Notes: generated by a model not told the origin, from the letters alone. 64,000 bases of DNA from Octopus sinensis (GCF_006345805.1 NC_043000.1:81530001-81594000); one strand, 5' to 3'; counted from the first letter of the stretch, positions 1 through 14,620 are shown. Program-made: numbers and translations.

Positions 1-245
1 CAATATATGTATTTAATCCCCAGCTATTGGCTCTTTTATTTCTCATTAATATGTCTCCAAACTTATTTCTTTAAAACAAAATTTGTGTAAGAATGTATGT
101 TTGGCAAATTTAATCCATTATGAAAATATAATTTAATTAAGTTATTAAACTATCATTATTTCAAAGTTTTTTATTAAATTTTACTTTTATTTATTGATTT
201 ATTTGTATTTATTTTTGTATTTTTTTCTTTTTAAATTCTCTGCAG

Positions 246-699
246 TTTGTCAGGAACACCCATTTAAAGACAAGTATCTCTTCTATCGCTTCATTGATTC
301 TCGTTCTGATTGTGGTGGAAGTGGTGGTGGTGGTAGTGGTGGTGGCAGCGGAGGAGGAGGAGGAGGAGGAGGAGGTGGTGGTGGTGGTGGTGGTGGCGGT
401 GGCGGTGGTAGTAGTGGTGGTGGTGGTGGTGGTGGTGGTGGTGGTGGTGGTGGTGGTGGCAGTGGTGGTGGTGGCAGCAGTGTCAGTGCTGGCATTGGAG
501 GTGGTGGTGGTGGTGGTAGTAGCAGTGGTGGTGGTATAAGTGGTAGTGTTAGTTCTACTATCAGTACCATCAATCCTCACTCCACTCCGACTCCTCCAAC
601 AATGGAACTTAAACACTACGAGGAAGAATTAGCAGATGTCTTGAAAATGTTGTCTCAGATCGGTCCTGATGCCATAATGAGAATGATTCTTCGGAAACC
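246..699 (+). CDS. RAPGEF4: Epac/RAPGEF4-like exon: DEP domain C-terminus, Gly/Ser-rich insert, helical linker
   Basis: Acceptor ttctctgcAG|TT at 244-245; encodes VCQEHPFKDKYLFYRFID (Epac DEP end) ... EEELADVLKMLSQIGPDAIMRMILRKP; donor CC|GTGAGT at 700. Gene starts upstream of the window. Confidence 0.93.
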
Positions 700-1198
700 G
701 TGAGTGTATACTTTAGTCTTACTTGATAATCCTTTATACTGAACCCCAAAATTTTTACAGAGCCAGTGCTTCTCTCTACTAAACATAATTTACTTATTAA
801 GTAGAAGAAAGAGAAATTAATCTCTCTCCTGGAGAGGAAACTAGTCTCTACATTACATTTCAAATTATATATATATATTTCATCATCAGCATTTTACTTT
901 CACTTCCTATGTTGGCATGGGTTGGACAGATCATCATGGACTGAGTTGTTTTACATTAGGATCTAAATGTATATGTATGTATGTATGTATGTACACACAA
1001 ACACATCTCTCTCTCTCTCTCTCGCTCTCCAGATTGAGGGACTTTTGTATTCCTCTGTGTGGTAAGAAGTTTGCTTCCTAACCACATTGTTCTGGGTTCA
1101 GTCCCATTTTGTGGCACTTTGGGCAAGTGTCTTGTACTATAGTCTCAGGCCAACCAAAGCCTTCTGAGTGGATTTGGTAGACAGAAACTGAAAGAAGC

Positions 1199-1283
<85 letters not shown>

Positions 1284-1415
1284 ATTTATTTTATAGAAGG
1301 AGCTTCTACAGGACTAGAACTGTTTCATTCAAAAGAAATCATCAGGAAGGTTCCTGATGATTTCTTTTGAATGAAACAGTTCTAGTCCTGTAGAAGCTCC
1401 TTCTATAAAATAAAT
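1284..1415. repeat. Perfect palindrome, 65-bp arms, 2-nt spacer, inside (TA)n within a SINE
   Basis: 1284-1348 is the reverse complement of 1351-1415. Confidence 0.95.
1351..1396 (+). ncRNA. Hammerhead-like motif inside a palindrome (mirrored on the - strand)
   Basis: UUC-CUGAUGA-UUUCUUUUGAAU-GAAACAG(UUCUAGUC)CUGUA^GAAG; stem II is weak and stem I is truncated at the palindrome centre. Confidence 0.5.
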
Positions 1416-4400
1416 TAATTTACTCTGCTATGTATTGAGTACCTTATTTACTGTGGTTAACCCCGACTCAACCCGGGACCCACATATATATATATATATA
1501 TTCATGTACATATCTCTGTCTTTGTGTCTGTGTCCCTGCACCATTGCTTGACAACTGATGTTGGTGTGCTTATGTCTCTGTAACTTAGTAATTCAGCAAA
1601 AGAGACTTATAGAACAAGCACTAGGCTTAAAGTTCTGGGGTTGAGTTCTTTAACTAAAAAACACTTTAAGGCAGTGCTCCTGCATGGCTGCAGTCAAAAT
1701 GACTGAAACAAGTAAAAGAATAAAAGAATAATATATCCTACTCAGTTGAAGGATCTTGTTTTGTGGGTACCTAGCGACCCCATCTTTGCTGGTGTCATGA
1801 AAAGATCACCCAGTACACTCTATGTTGTGGGTAGCATTCAGAAGAGCATCCAGATGAGTGCTTATTAGTTCATGTCAAACTATCCAACCCATGCCAGTAT
1901 GGAAAAAGGGGATGTTAGATGATGGTAACTGTCATGTATGATAGACTCTTCTTTTGATTTGAACGTATGAAAATACAGTTATGGAATCAACTGTACTACC
2001 TGTTCATTGAATTAGTTTACAATGGAGCTGAGCATTCCAGTGGTGCATGTATACTTAACATAATTCTCAGATATAGACTTGGTGTGACAAAAATATGACA
2101 AGACTGGGCCTTTGTAGTACAGATACAGTCAATTCACTGAACCCCTATAAAATTACACAGAATGCACAGAGTGCACAGAATGCATGGACTTACTGAATTC
2201 ACAGAGTCAGAACAGTTAATGTAAAGAATACCATATGATAGGCTAACAATTCTACCAAATCACTGCCTTGCTATGGTAATTTTTATTGACCCAGAAAGAA
2301 TAGAAGACAAAGTTGACTTTGGCAGGATTTGAACTCACAGTGTAGAGTGTCAGCACAAATGGTGGGGGTATGGCATTCAGTCCTACTCTCTAACATCTCT
2401 GCCAATTTCCCACCTGTTGATGTGAGTGTGCATGCATGCATGTAGGTAGATGTATAAATGGATATGTTTATCTCTCATTGATATTCATCAGCAGAGGATA
2501 TGAACATCAACAAGAAAGCAAAAAGAAAATAGGTAGTTTTTTTTGCCTAATGAAATCCTTTGTGATGTTAGTTCAACACTGAGTGACAGACACTCCCATA
2601 ATACTCTTGCCATCAGAAGTATAGTGAACCAGTGTTTGTTCCAATGAGCACTGTAGCTAACAAATTTCTTGTTCACCAATTACAATATAAAAATATATAA
2701 TAAATAAATAAATTTTGTAACTTAGCACTTAGACATATATAGAGCAATGAAATAAGTACCAGAGTGAAAAAAGTACTGGTGTGAATACGATCAACTAAAA
2801 TCCATGAAGGCAGTGCTTCAGCATGGCCATAGTTCAAAGATCACTAGCAGTTAAAGAATAAATACATTCAATATTCCACAGAAAAATAAAGGAAACAGAA
2901 TCTCCAAGACTCCATCAGGTAAATTGGATTTTATATTAATACCACTTCCATAATGAGAAATTGTCAATCTGACTGTAACAAGATAGGCCCATGAGAAAAG
3001 TAATTGGTGATTTGAGAATTGGGCTGGAACTTGGTCAATTATTCCTAGTCTGAAAGAGAAAAATTAGATGGATGATTATTATTTCTGCTGTGGTTTAATA
3101 TGGAACCTCTTTGATTACATGATGATAGCTGCAGATATGTGCAACAGTTGAACATGTAGATGTGAATACATTGAAGATACAGATGTGTGTATCAGCTTTA
3201 GAAGTTGACATGCACTACTGCAACACATGTTGCTAAAAATGCAGATCTGTGCCGAAGATAAAGTGCAACAGTTATGTGAATGTGTACTGAAAATACAGAT
3301 ATAAGATGAAGTTGTCTGCTTCAAATGCACACTTAAAGATGCAGTTGCATCATTTGGCAGCCAATTGAAATTATAACATTGTCTTTTATTGTTTTGCTTG
3401 TTTCAGTCATTAGACTGCGGCCATACTAGGGCACCAATTTGAGGGATTTTTAGCCAAACTTATCAGCCCCAGTACTTATTTTGTTTTTAGGCCTGGTATT
3501 TATTCTTTCGCTGAACTACTAAGTTACGGGGTGTCAAGCAGTAGTTGGGGGACAAGTACAGACAAAAGACATACACACATACATATATATGATGTGCTTC
3601 CTCCAGTTTCTCTTTACCGAATCCACTCACAATGTTGTTGTTGGTGGTGGTGGTGGCAGTGGTGGCGTCAGTGGTGGGGGCAGCAGTGGTAGTGATGGCG
3701 GTGGCAGCGGTGGTGGTTCTTGTAAATATTGTTTTTGTTGTTGCTGTTGTTATGCACACTGAGTATCTTACACCAAAATCCTTGGATTAAGCAAAGCCCT
3801 CTAAGTAGAATTTCATTTGCTGGGTGTGTGGATCATAGACTTAATATAGATTGTTTGTTGAATCAGTCATGTTAACTCTACCATCATCTGGCCCTTGGCT
3901 ACTTTGAGTAGGGTTCATTCTGTTGCAAGCATTTGGGCCAACCCTCTGTTCTGAGAGTAGCTGCCTTCCCTCTTTTGACCAGTGTCAAGGGTCATATATG
4001 ACCTCTCTCTATCTGCCAATACATCACTGGACTTGGATTACTGGTGCAGCAAAGAGGAGGAATATAAATTTCAATAGTGAAACTGGAGAGAAGATCAGAA
4101 GATGGTTTTGGATAAAGAAGATAAACTAGTGGTTTGCTGCTACTGGGATGCAAGCTGGGGCTTGATCAATCCTGGCTTGGTCCACTAGATAATGGTGGGG
4201 TTTGATGTGGAAAAACTCAAAAAAACTAATGAAACCGCAAAAATATCACTAAAAATGCATCCTATAATGATAGTTTGTAACATAGGTACTAGAGCAGAAA
4301 TTTCATGGGAAGTGGTATAATTTGATAAATCCCATTAAATTAGTGTTACTTTATTATATTGAGCCTAGAAGAGTGAACAGCAAATTTGAGTTAGGTGAGA

Positions 4401-4604
4401 TTTGAAGTTGGAAAATACAAAACAGTCATAAACATGAAGACATTTTCTCTAATACTATCTATTCTGCCACTCCAGTACCAACACAGTTTCTCTTACCAAT
4501 TTTGCTACTCCAATAAGAATTTCTTTTGAGGAAAAACAATGCCGTTTTATTGTGGACAAAGAGCATAGTTGATTAAACCAACCCTAACTGGTATTTAGTT
4601 TATT

Positions 4605-5075
4605 ACACGGTGTAACAAAATTTTTATTTATTTATTTTTTGTCTTTGGTCAGTAAGTGTTATTTCCTATACTATTTGATTCTATCTAGAAAACAAAGGAA
4701 ATGACTATTATTACCTTCAAACTTTGCTTTTGTGACCTGGACATCAATGTTTTGAAACTGACTTATTTTCCAATACATTTCAGGCAGATTCAGCACTAAG
4801 TTGCTGAAGCAGAAATAGCATTATTGCAAATATTCAGGCTCAGCACCACAGATTTGCTTGTCAGTTGCTTGACTAACAATATGTGCATCTCTGTTCATGA
4901 GCAGGAGTGTGGGAGAGCATCATAGCCATGTGCTGAGAGGGATTTTTTATGGTTTGAATAAATGTAATAAAAGCAAAGTTTGAAGGAAATATTAGCCATT
5001 TTTCACACTTTCTGAGAGCAAGCAAATAGGAAATAACAGTTTCTATGCAAGGACAAAAATCGTGTTACACAGTGT
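4605..5075. mobile_element. Non-autonomous DNA element with long imperfect TIRs
   Basis: acacggtgtaaca...ccttcaaactttgctttt mirrored by aaaagcaaagtttgaagg...tgttacacagtgt; internal part shared with the repeat at about 58770-59250. Confidence 0.7.
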
Positions 5076-5883
5076 TATTTATTGCTTCCTCTCCCCACAC
5101 TCCCATATGCAATCAGGGTACAAAAAAGCAAATTGAAAACATTGCTGATGGGATTTGAGCCAAAAACCCAAGAATCATGAGATGGAACAAAAGACTGTTT
5201 GAAACTTATATAGTTGCAGGATACACTCATCCATCTCCACTGCATGTAGCAGCCCCAATAAATCTTAATAATATTCAAAAGAACAAACCTAGACTTTCTC
5301 CAGAAAGGAGGGGCCAGTTCGATAGATTTCTAAGCTTCAGTCAGTGGTATTTATTTAGCATCACCTTTCCAATTCTTCCCAACCCAATTACCAAAGAAAA
5401 ATCAACTTTCTTAGAAATCCTTTGGCTATTACTGAAGAATCCTTATATTGAAGCAATATTGCTCTGAACATTTTCTATTATTTTTTCTTTATTCTTTTGT
5501 GCTTTTGAATATTATTGATTTCTTTTTACTTCATTTCCTTTGGTCTATTTTTATGTTTTTTGTATTTGTTGTTTTGTTTTCTGTGTTGTTTCAATTTGTT
5601 TTTGTCCTTTTTTTTTAACTGTCTTAACACTTTTCTTTCACAGTGGTGGGGGAAGGTTTCTTTGCTAAATTCTCCTATGAGGTTTTCATCGTTAATTATA
5701 AATGAAAGATTTATCCCCTGTAATCTAATCTCAGCTAACAGCTTTAGAAATGATCTATACACACACTTACGTGTGTGTATGTATAAAGACATGTCTATTT
5801 ATATATGTATATATGCATGTGTCTACATATCTACATACATACATGTATGTATGTCTTTACGTATATGTGTATAGCAATATATA

Positions 5884-5919
<36 letters not shown>

Positions 5920-6162
5920 ATATTTGTCCAGAGCCTCTCCCTTTCTTTTTAATCACTCTCAACCCCTCACCAACTGTTCTTGTCAATCAAATCCTCCACA
6001 ATGCCTCTCCTACGATGGCTTTTCTTCTTTGTAATTGAATATACACCCACTATTCAACACTTACACGCATGCATTCATTTGTGCACTCATATTCTCATAC
6101 TCATATACTCACACACATTTGCGTAAATACATTCACACATACACCTTCACTCACTCACTCTT

Positions 6163-6204
<42 letters not shown>

Positions 6205-7308
6205 TGCATGCACACACAAATTCACAGAGGTACATATACATAAATGCATTCATTCAAGCACTCAACTCATTACATACAGAGTGATCAGTACTTTTTCACT
6301 TGCGTATATAATCCTGCATTCGTATACACATACTAATAAACACACTGTCATTCCCACACATTAACAAACATATATACATACTATTACACACATTATTGCT
6401 ACAGCTGGGTGTTTGTGGGCAGATTTTTAGTCATTGTTGTTGTCCTTTCTTAAATAATTCAATTTGTTTATGTGATGAATTCTATAGTAGCAATATTTGT
6501 GGACTAAATATCACTATTGTCAGCATCATCAACAACAGTAGTAGCAGTATTTTCTGTTTGCTCTCTACACTAGCATGGGTTGGACAGACCCTCACAGTTG
6601 TTTCCTATTTGGAGTTTCTGCCCTTTGAGATGGGAGAGCCATATCTCATTTGCATGTTTGAATTTCGGAATAAATTCTATAGCTGGATATCCTTCTGCTT
6701 CTCTCTCTCACTGTCTTCTCTCCACAGTTCCTGTGTCACTCAACACCCTTTCATCTCTTCCTCTCCAGCCCAACCTCACAACACTTTCCTTCTATGGCCC
6801 TCTTTGGAATGACCTTTTCCACCCTCATCTCTTCCTCTGTTTATGTTCCCTTCCACTCACTCCTTTTGCCCACTTTCACCATCATAACAGGAGATAGCAC
6901 CGTTATACAGCTTACCCTGTTCACACTTACTATTCTGTCCCTCACTTTTTCACAAATGCATGACATTAATTCCTTGCCATTTGGCATATCCATTCCATAC
7001 TCCCCATCAACAATGTCTACACTGTTCCTGTCACCATGCTGTGTGGGAACCAACATGCCAAAAAATTTACCCAGCATTCCCTCTGCATGTCGTAAAAGGC
7101 AACTAAAAGAAGTTGAGGTAGGATTTGCATTCTGACCTCATAAAAACCTCACCAGCAACGACTACCCAAAAGAGATCCATGGGTCGGAGGGTTGTCACCT
7201 GAGTGGGTCAAAGGTGCCTTCCTCCAGGAATAGGGATTTAGCAACAAATGGTGGATGCAGCAATGCACTATTACAGCACATGTCCCCATACTACTACTAC
7301 TATTACTA

Positions 7309-7340
<32 letters not shown>

Positions 7341-7566
7341 GCCTCTTACAACAATAGTTTACCCTCTTACACCACCTTACCAAAAGTCACCACTCTCTCT
7401 CTCCCTCTCTCTCTCTCGGGACCTCTTCACTCATGCAAGTTACAAGGCTGGTGCCATGAAAAAAGTGTGCAGTAGACTTGATAAAGAAGTTGGCATTAGG
7501 AAGAGTATCTAGCTGTAGAAACCATGTCCGAACTGAGACATTGGAACAGAATGCAATTCTCCAACC

Positions 7567-7767
7567 CAGTGCTTTTCAACATTTTTGCTGGAGCGGAACC
7601 CCAAGGAAACATTCCACTGGCTCGAGGAACCCCTGTGCAATAATTTAATAGTCTTATGCACACATATCTGCACAGGAGAATTAAAAATTACAGCCGATTT
7701 TAGCAGTTTTGTAACTTCTTGCAGAACCTCTGGACTGTACTGGCGGAACCCTGGTTGAAAACCAATG
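7567..7767. mobile_element. hAT-type MITE with an 8-bp TSD
   Basis: TIRs CAGTGCTTTTCAAC / GTTGAAAACCAATG; TSD CTCCAACC at 7559-7566 and 7768-7775. Confidence 0.9.
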
Positions 7768-8617
7768 CTCCAACCCACTGGATCTTGTCAATCCAACTGA
7801 CCTAAACCATGAGAGCATGGAAAGAGAGCATAAAATGGATAATGATGATAATAATGATTGATGTGTGTGTGTGTGTTTATCAAAGTATACAGTATTATAG
7901 ATTCATTTCAGATGATCTTACTAATCAGTTTTGCACTTGGTGTTAGATCACCAGATATTAGCTAATGGGTCAGTTAAGCAACATCATGTGCTCTTCAGAG
8001 GTGGCAGGTGTGGAAAAAATAAGGCAAAAGAGAGACACCATATTTTTTTCCATATCTGCCATATCTGAAAAGTACATTGTGTTACTTAACTGACTTTTAT
8101 CTAATATCCAGTGATATGCCCAGTGCAAAACTGATTGGTGAGATCAGCTAAGATGGATCTATAATGCTGTAGACAAATATACAAGTGCATATTTTTTCTG
8201 ACTTATGGATTTTTAGGCGACTACATTTTATGTGTATATATATATATATGCTTAGCCACCTCTTGCAAGGGATTATGACCTAGAGACTTGCACCACACTT
8301 TCACTAATTGTTTCATAAAGGTGCATAGCCTTGTGATTAGGATCTTGGTCTCACGGCTATAAGGTCATGGGTTTACTTCCTAGACCAGGCCAGCACATTG
8401 TGTCAATGAGCAAAGTACATCATTCCATGTTACTACAGTCTATTCAGCTGAAAATAAGTACCAGCCAACTGCTAGTGCAGCTTTCTATCTCCCTCCAGCT
8501 GCCACATCCTTGATGGTCAAGAGAGAGAGAGAGAGAGAGAGAGAGAGCCGAGGGGGTACCTATGCCTGCTCGTGACTACATAGGCACCTAAAATCTTAAG
8601 CAATATATATACATGTA

Positions 8618-8673
<56 letters not shown>

Positions 8674-9752
8674 TGTGTGTGTGCGTGTGTACATATACAC
8701 ACAGACATGCATAATATACTATATGTAATATATCAATACATGTGTATGTCTGCTTGTATGTTGCTTATGTTGATATTTTTTAGATATTACTATTCCCCAC
8801 ACCAGTGTTGTACTTGCACCAGTGCTAGATAGTCACTGATCCTATGTCGTTTTCATCCATCCTTTTCAAGGCTATTGTTTTTATTGTTTTTTTCTAACAA
8901 CCCCCACTAGAAGGCTATCCTGGTGAAGGTGCCAATTTAATCAATCATAGCCATATCATGAAATATGTTGCACACAAGAGGTAGACCCAGGTAGACATGG
9001 ATGAGGTGGTGAAGCATGAACTTCGAACATAGGGCCTCACAGAGGCTATAAAAGGAGACCGAGACATTTGGAGATATACTGTGATTGAAGAGACCTGCCA
9101 ACTAAAGTGAGATTGCAGCCATGGCCGATGTCAGTATTGCATGTCTAGCCCATTTCAGAGTACTCTTGATGCATCGGGCAATATGATATGCTTGAGAAGA
9201 CCTGTTGAGTCAAGTAAAGCCAAAATCGTAGCTGTGGCCAGTGCCCCATGCCTGTGGCACATAAAATACACCATCTGAACGTGGTCAATGCCAGTACCCC
9301 CTGACTGGCTCCTGTGTTTGTGACACGTAAAAAGCACCATCCAAACGTGGCCAATGCCAGTGCATGTTCTGGTGGCATATAAAAAGCACCTGCTACACTC
9401 TCAGAGTGGTTGGTGTTAGAAAGGGCATTCAGCTGTAGAAACATTGCCATATCAGATTGGAGCCTGGTGTGGCCTCCTGGCTTTCCAGACCTCAGTCAAA
9501 CCGTCCCACCCATGCCAGCATGGAAAATGGATGTTAAACGATGATAATGATGATGATGATGATTCTGACATTGTCATAACTAATGTTAAGATAATAGTAA
9601 GAATTGATATGGAGTGATCATGAAAAAAATTGTTCTATAAGTGGAGAATTTGCGTCATAAAATATCCTAATTATACTTGTTGGGTCATAAATTAAGTAAA
9701 TAAGGCTCCTGTTTCTTGCACACTCATACACACCCTTGCACACACAGACATA

Positions 9753-9826
<74 letters not shown>

Positions 9827-12800
9827 CTTGCATGCACATGCACACACACAAACACACTTATGTTGTGTCAGTTCAGTTTCATTTTACACTGTCTTTATGG
9901 CACTCGTGATGAAATGGGAATTGAATGAAAGCCTAATCTAAACATTGCCACATGAACCTTTCCTCTATTTATCAACCAAGAACTGTGTCTGGCATCAGCC
10001 TATAGAAACTGACTCATTATATTTGATTACATAGTAACTAATCTGGACTTAACTTCATTTAATAATGAATTTCTCTGCCATTGCTATAAACCTTCAACAA
10101 CAGCCAACATATCAAGTCGATGAAAAATGTGCTAAATGCCACTGAAAATCCCAACCGTTTCTTCCATGTGCAACAATTAATTATCCAAGTAATTTGAGTT
10201 GTGAGGAGCTGATGATTAGTGGTTAGTGGGAGCAGTTTAGAATTAAGAATATTGTGTAAATGGCTGTTTTAGTACCATAATTATTACATCTTTTAAAACA
10301 GTGGAAAGGTATAGTTGGGAGGGAAGGATAATACTCATAACCCTTAGCAGGGTTTCCAAAACCAGTGAGAGGAAGGAAGAGAGGTATTCATAAACCAGAG
10401 ATATAGCCTAAATATTTGCAAAAAAGTGAATTCCACTGAAGGCACCCAGAGACCACCTTGGTTGTAATGTTAAATGAAGGGTAAATCAAATTGACCACTC
10501 AAGTAGACTACAGTGAGATTTGAACTCAGAATATAAAGTACTGTTTACAAGTATTGTAAGGCATCCAATCCAACTGTCTAGTGATTCTGCTGAACCAATG
10601 CCAAGATTAATATTTTATTTATTGGTCCCAGAAGGATGAAAGACCTCTGCAAGATTTGAACTCAGAAAGTGCAAGTCTGGAATAAATATCACAAACGATT
10701 TCATTCAATGTTTTATCAATTCTGCCAATTCAATTTTTTAATATTACCTCTTTTTCACTATCAATCTTATATTGTTGCTCTTTAGCACATGGAAATCCAC
10801 AATAAAGCAGACCTATGATGAAAGACATTTCCACCTTCAGTCACTCTGTGAAGGAACATGCTATCAAAAGTATTCTTCCAGTAGAATAATTTGAGGTGAA
10901 TTTGGCAATTGTTTATAGCAAGTCAAGAAACCATAGAGAAGCTTCTTGCCATTGTTATTGTTATTACTGTTCAGCCTTGGACAAGACATTAACCTGCATA
11001 CAGTGGTGAAGTTCCAACTTGGAATTTCAGGAGTTTTGGGGAATGTGGAGCTACCCCTTCATCACCATGGCAGGTCTGCTCTGGTTTGGTGCCTGTCAAG
11101 GGCCCAAGTTTTGGTTCAGATAGCAGAAGATGTTCCTGTGATTAAAGTATACAGGATTCAGAGAAGGTTTGGTGCTTGATTATGTGTCACACAGATCCAT
11201 CGTATGTAGACATGACTTGATGCCACATGAACCACTGTGTAATGGTTAAGCGGGCCTTTGCCTCAAGGATAAGTTTGAGAGAGCAGAACACTAGCAGTGC
11301 ATCCTGTAAATAAACCAGTATCTGGTGACAGGAAATGACTACTGTATCTTTCCCCAGAAAAGTCTTGAATCTTCAGGTTTTAGTCATGGACCTTCATGAT
11401 TGCTGATACCTGTAGGTGTGGCACATAAAGGGAGAGAGAGAAAGAGAAAGACTGAGACCCAAGTTAATGCTGATCAACCAAGGCTATAATAAAAGATATT
11501 CCAACTTTACTAATCTTTTTCCTTCATGCATGGTGTATCTAGGACTACCTTTTCAAATGTGCCTGTCCCTTTCTGAAGGAAATTGCTGGTTTTTTCTCGA
11601 GGTTTTGAGATTTTATTATTTAACCCAAAATCATTCCTGATCCAACAGACCTGTAAACAAAGATATTCCAGCTATCACATTTTTTTTCTCACATATTATC
11701 CAATGTTTTTAATTTTTTCGAATACAGTAAAATCTTATAGGGAAACATTTCATTTCTAGCACTCACATAGAGAGTCTAACCCTTGGATAGCTGGTTACCA
11801 TAGCTGTTATTTATCCCTAAGTCAATTTTGATCTAGTAGATCTATAACCAGATAAGATGATGCGATCTCTTTTGTTTTTTCTTTTTTTTGGGGTTTTTGT
11901 CAAACCATTGTATATCTAAGACTGCTTAACCTAATTAAACCAGCAGAGAGTCTTTCTCATTTCCTGGAGATTAAACAGTTTGAATGTTAGGTCCCTTGAT
12001 CATGTAACATATTTATCAGTATATGAACTTGTGACTTATCAGCTGGTTGCCTTGGTAACTCTAACAACTGATATCTCAAAATGTCTACATCTCTCTGGAT
12101 TTTATCATCATCGTTATTATCATTATCTAATCATAAAATTCAGAAATTCTAATATTCTCACCTCACTACCATTTATTGGTTCCTCGAGCATTTCAGTCCC
12201 TAATGAAATATATCAAAAATGTGTTTGTGTGTTTGTGTGTATGTGTGAGATCATCATCATTGTCATCAGTTTTCCAAGCTGGCAATGGGTTGGATGGTTT
12301 AACAGAAGCTAACAAGCCAAAGGACTGTGCCAAACTCTACTGTCTGCCTTGGCATGGTTTCTACAGCTGGATGCTCTTCCTATCACCAACCACTTTATGG
12401 AGAGTACAGGATGCTTTTCATGTGGTACCAGCACCAGTAAGGTCACCAAGTAACTTTACATGACATAGAGCTCTCAGCTGAGAAGGGAAGTAGTAATGAG
12501 GGAGGTGGTTTGTGCAATGTGATGAGAGGTTAAATATGTCAGAGATAGAAACAGAGGCCTTGCTGTAGAAGAGGCACATGGCTACCTCAGTCAGAGGAGG
12601 GGAAAAGAAAGAGAGAGAGAAGGAGAAAGAGAGAGAGAGAGAAGATGATAGTATATGTACTGTCAAGTCTTTTGTTCAGAGTCGATGCTGAAGAACCATA
12701 GAGAATTATTAATTCAATAACTTCATTAAACCTTTTGATACCATCCTGCCTAGGACCACCCTCGGTTCTCTAACATAAACTTATATGTTCTAAAATGGTC

Positions 12801-13019
12801 TAATATATTATCTTCCATTAAAATGTTATGCTAATTTGTTCCAGGCCCTAGCTTAATTCGAAGAAAGTTATTTTACTATACTTTTCATTATTTAAAAAAA
12901 TTAATTGAAACAAAGGCAGAAGTATGGTAACAAAAGGGTTAGAATTCTTTCTTTATGTTGTCACAAAGGGAGGGCTTCCATATAATCCTGAGTCTGTGCA
13001 GGATATTCTGTGATTTTGC

Positions 13020-13690
13020 AATTCTTACTGGACAGCCTTTTCTGTGAAAGTAATGTTACTTCCTAAGTAGGCCGAGTCAACAACCATCTTCAGATTTGTG
13101 TCATTCAGAGTACAGATATCACCAGTTACATTACAGCCCATGTATTCAGTCTTACCAGCATTGGCATAGAGTCCTATATGTGCAACAGCAGTCTTGAGTA
13201 TGTATGGTAAGTTCACCCTCATCAATTCACCACAGGGAAAGTTCATCATCATCAATTCACTGTTTTTTTGTTTTTTTAATAAAATAGTTTTGAACTGTTA
13301 ATGGTGCAATACTATGGCTATATTTTCTTGGTAAACTTTCCCCATGGTGAACTTTCTTCAAGGTGAACTTTCTTCATGATGAATTGATTGTGATTCATCA
13401 ATTGATGGCAGTGAACTTACCTGTAATCATCTTGAGTGCATGTTACATTTTCTCTCTTAATTCTATATTGTCTGCAAAGATGGCAAGATCATCTTCTTTG
13501 ACTGCATCCAGTTTCTTTATTGTAGGATGTCTTGTACATCTAGCTTTCTCAGGTGTAAATCCATAATCTTTGCTGATGTCACTGAATAACCCATAAGACA
13601 TAATGCAAGCAGATTTTTAAAAATGTGTGGAGCAAGAGAGTCTCTTTGAAGAATATTAAAAACTTAAGAATCCTTATCCAATGGGTACAT
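13020..13690 (-). mobile_element. RTE-like LINE RT fragment split by a MITE
   Basis: AVAHIGLYANAGKTEYM...LKMVVDSAYLGSNI; DDLAIFADNI on the other side of the MITE. Confidence 0.7.
13205..13423. mobile_element. Small MITE with inverted subterminal repeats, inserted in an RTE fragment
   Basis: ggtaagttcac / gtgaacttacc termini; repeated aagttca(c) and tgaactt units. Confidence 0.65.
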
Positions 13691-14030
13691 CAGTGCTTGA
13701 ATGTTCTGATAAATCATCATCACAGAGGCAACTGTCTCTGTGGATGAGTCGTATTCTGTGTGTGTGTGGGGGGGAGCTGTGCATTGCACCCTTGAACAAA
13801 ACACTTCATGCTCTGCATCACTTCTCTATCTAGCTGTTATACACCATGCACCTACACAGACAATGCTGATTTGATGGACTGACTAAGCTGTTATACAGCT
13901 GATACATTGGATCGCTATAAACCAACCATCTGTGCAGGTTGTTCAGCAAGACATTTTTGGACCCTTATCTGTCATCTACAAGGGTCCATGATACATAATA
14001 GATACATGCATATATATATATATATTTATT

Positions 14031-14061
<31 letters not shown>

Positions 14062-14099
14062 ATGATGGACCCAACAATCTGCACTTTCTTTGTCGAGTT

Positions 14100-14620
14100 C
14101 AGCCAACAATTTGCATAGAAGCTCACAGATGTTGCAAGTATGAGGATTACAGGTCAGTGCAGGCTGTATATTTGCAGCCATTTGGCACCTTTGCCTTGTA
14201 CCCCTAAGCCTGTTAATTCTGGTTGAAACAAAGTCTTTTATACTATTTTAACATGACTATCTCCATTTTGTTTGCTCAAAGGTGTTGTGAGTTATATTGA
14301 CTGTTGAGAGGTTACTCTTCAGCTTGTCCTTATATCTGAGCCATGATCAACCAACATTCATGTGCCCACTATCAAACTGGCTGTACATAAAGACTTTGGA
14401 TATTTTTTTATTACTCACTCTGATGACATAGCCAGCACAATTGTGACTGCATAAGGATGCTCTTGATTCCACCTATCTTACATTTTCCAGACAGGTTGAC
14501 ATTGTATGCGTGTATAAAGCCTTTTTGTCCATTATCAGTTCTTTATTTGTCCTGAAATGCCCTAGGTGTTCAATTGTTTGAGTATCTTAGTTAATTCCAA
14601 GTTTTTGTTGATGGTGTTAT
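14100..14620 (-). mobile_element. RTE-like LINE 3' fragment, highly degraded
   Basis: Minus strand SILMQSQLCWL and LRYKDKLKSNL, typical of RTE ORF C-termini. Confidence 0.55.

Noticed and set aside
209-616. Poly-Thr, poly-Pro and poly-Val ORFs overlapping the first exon
   Set aside because: They are alternative frames of the (GGT)n tract; only the + frame has Epac motifs and splice sites.
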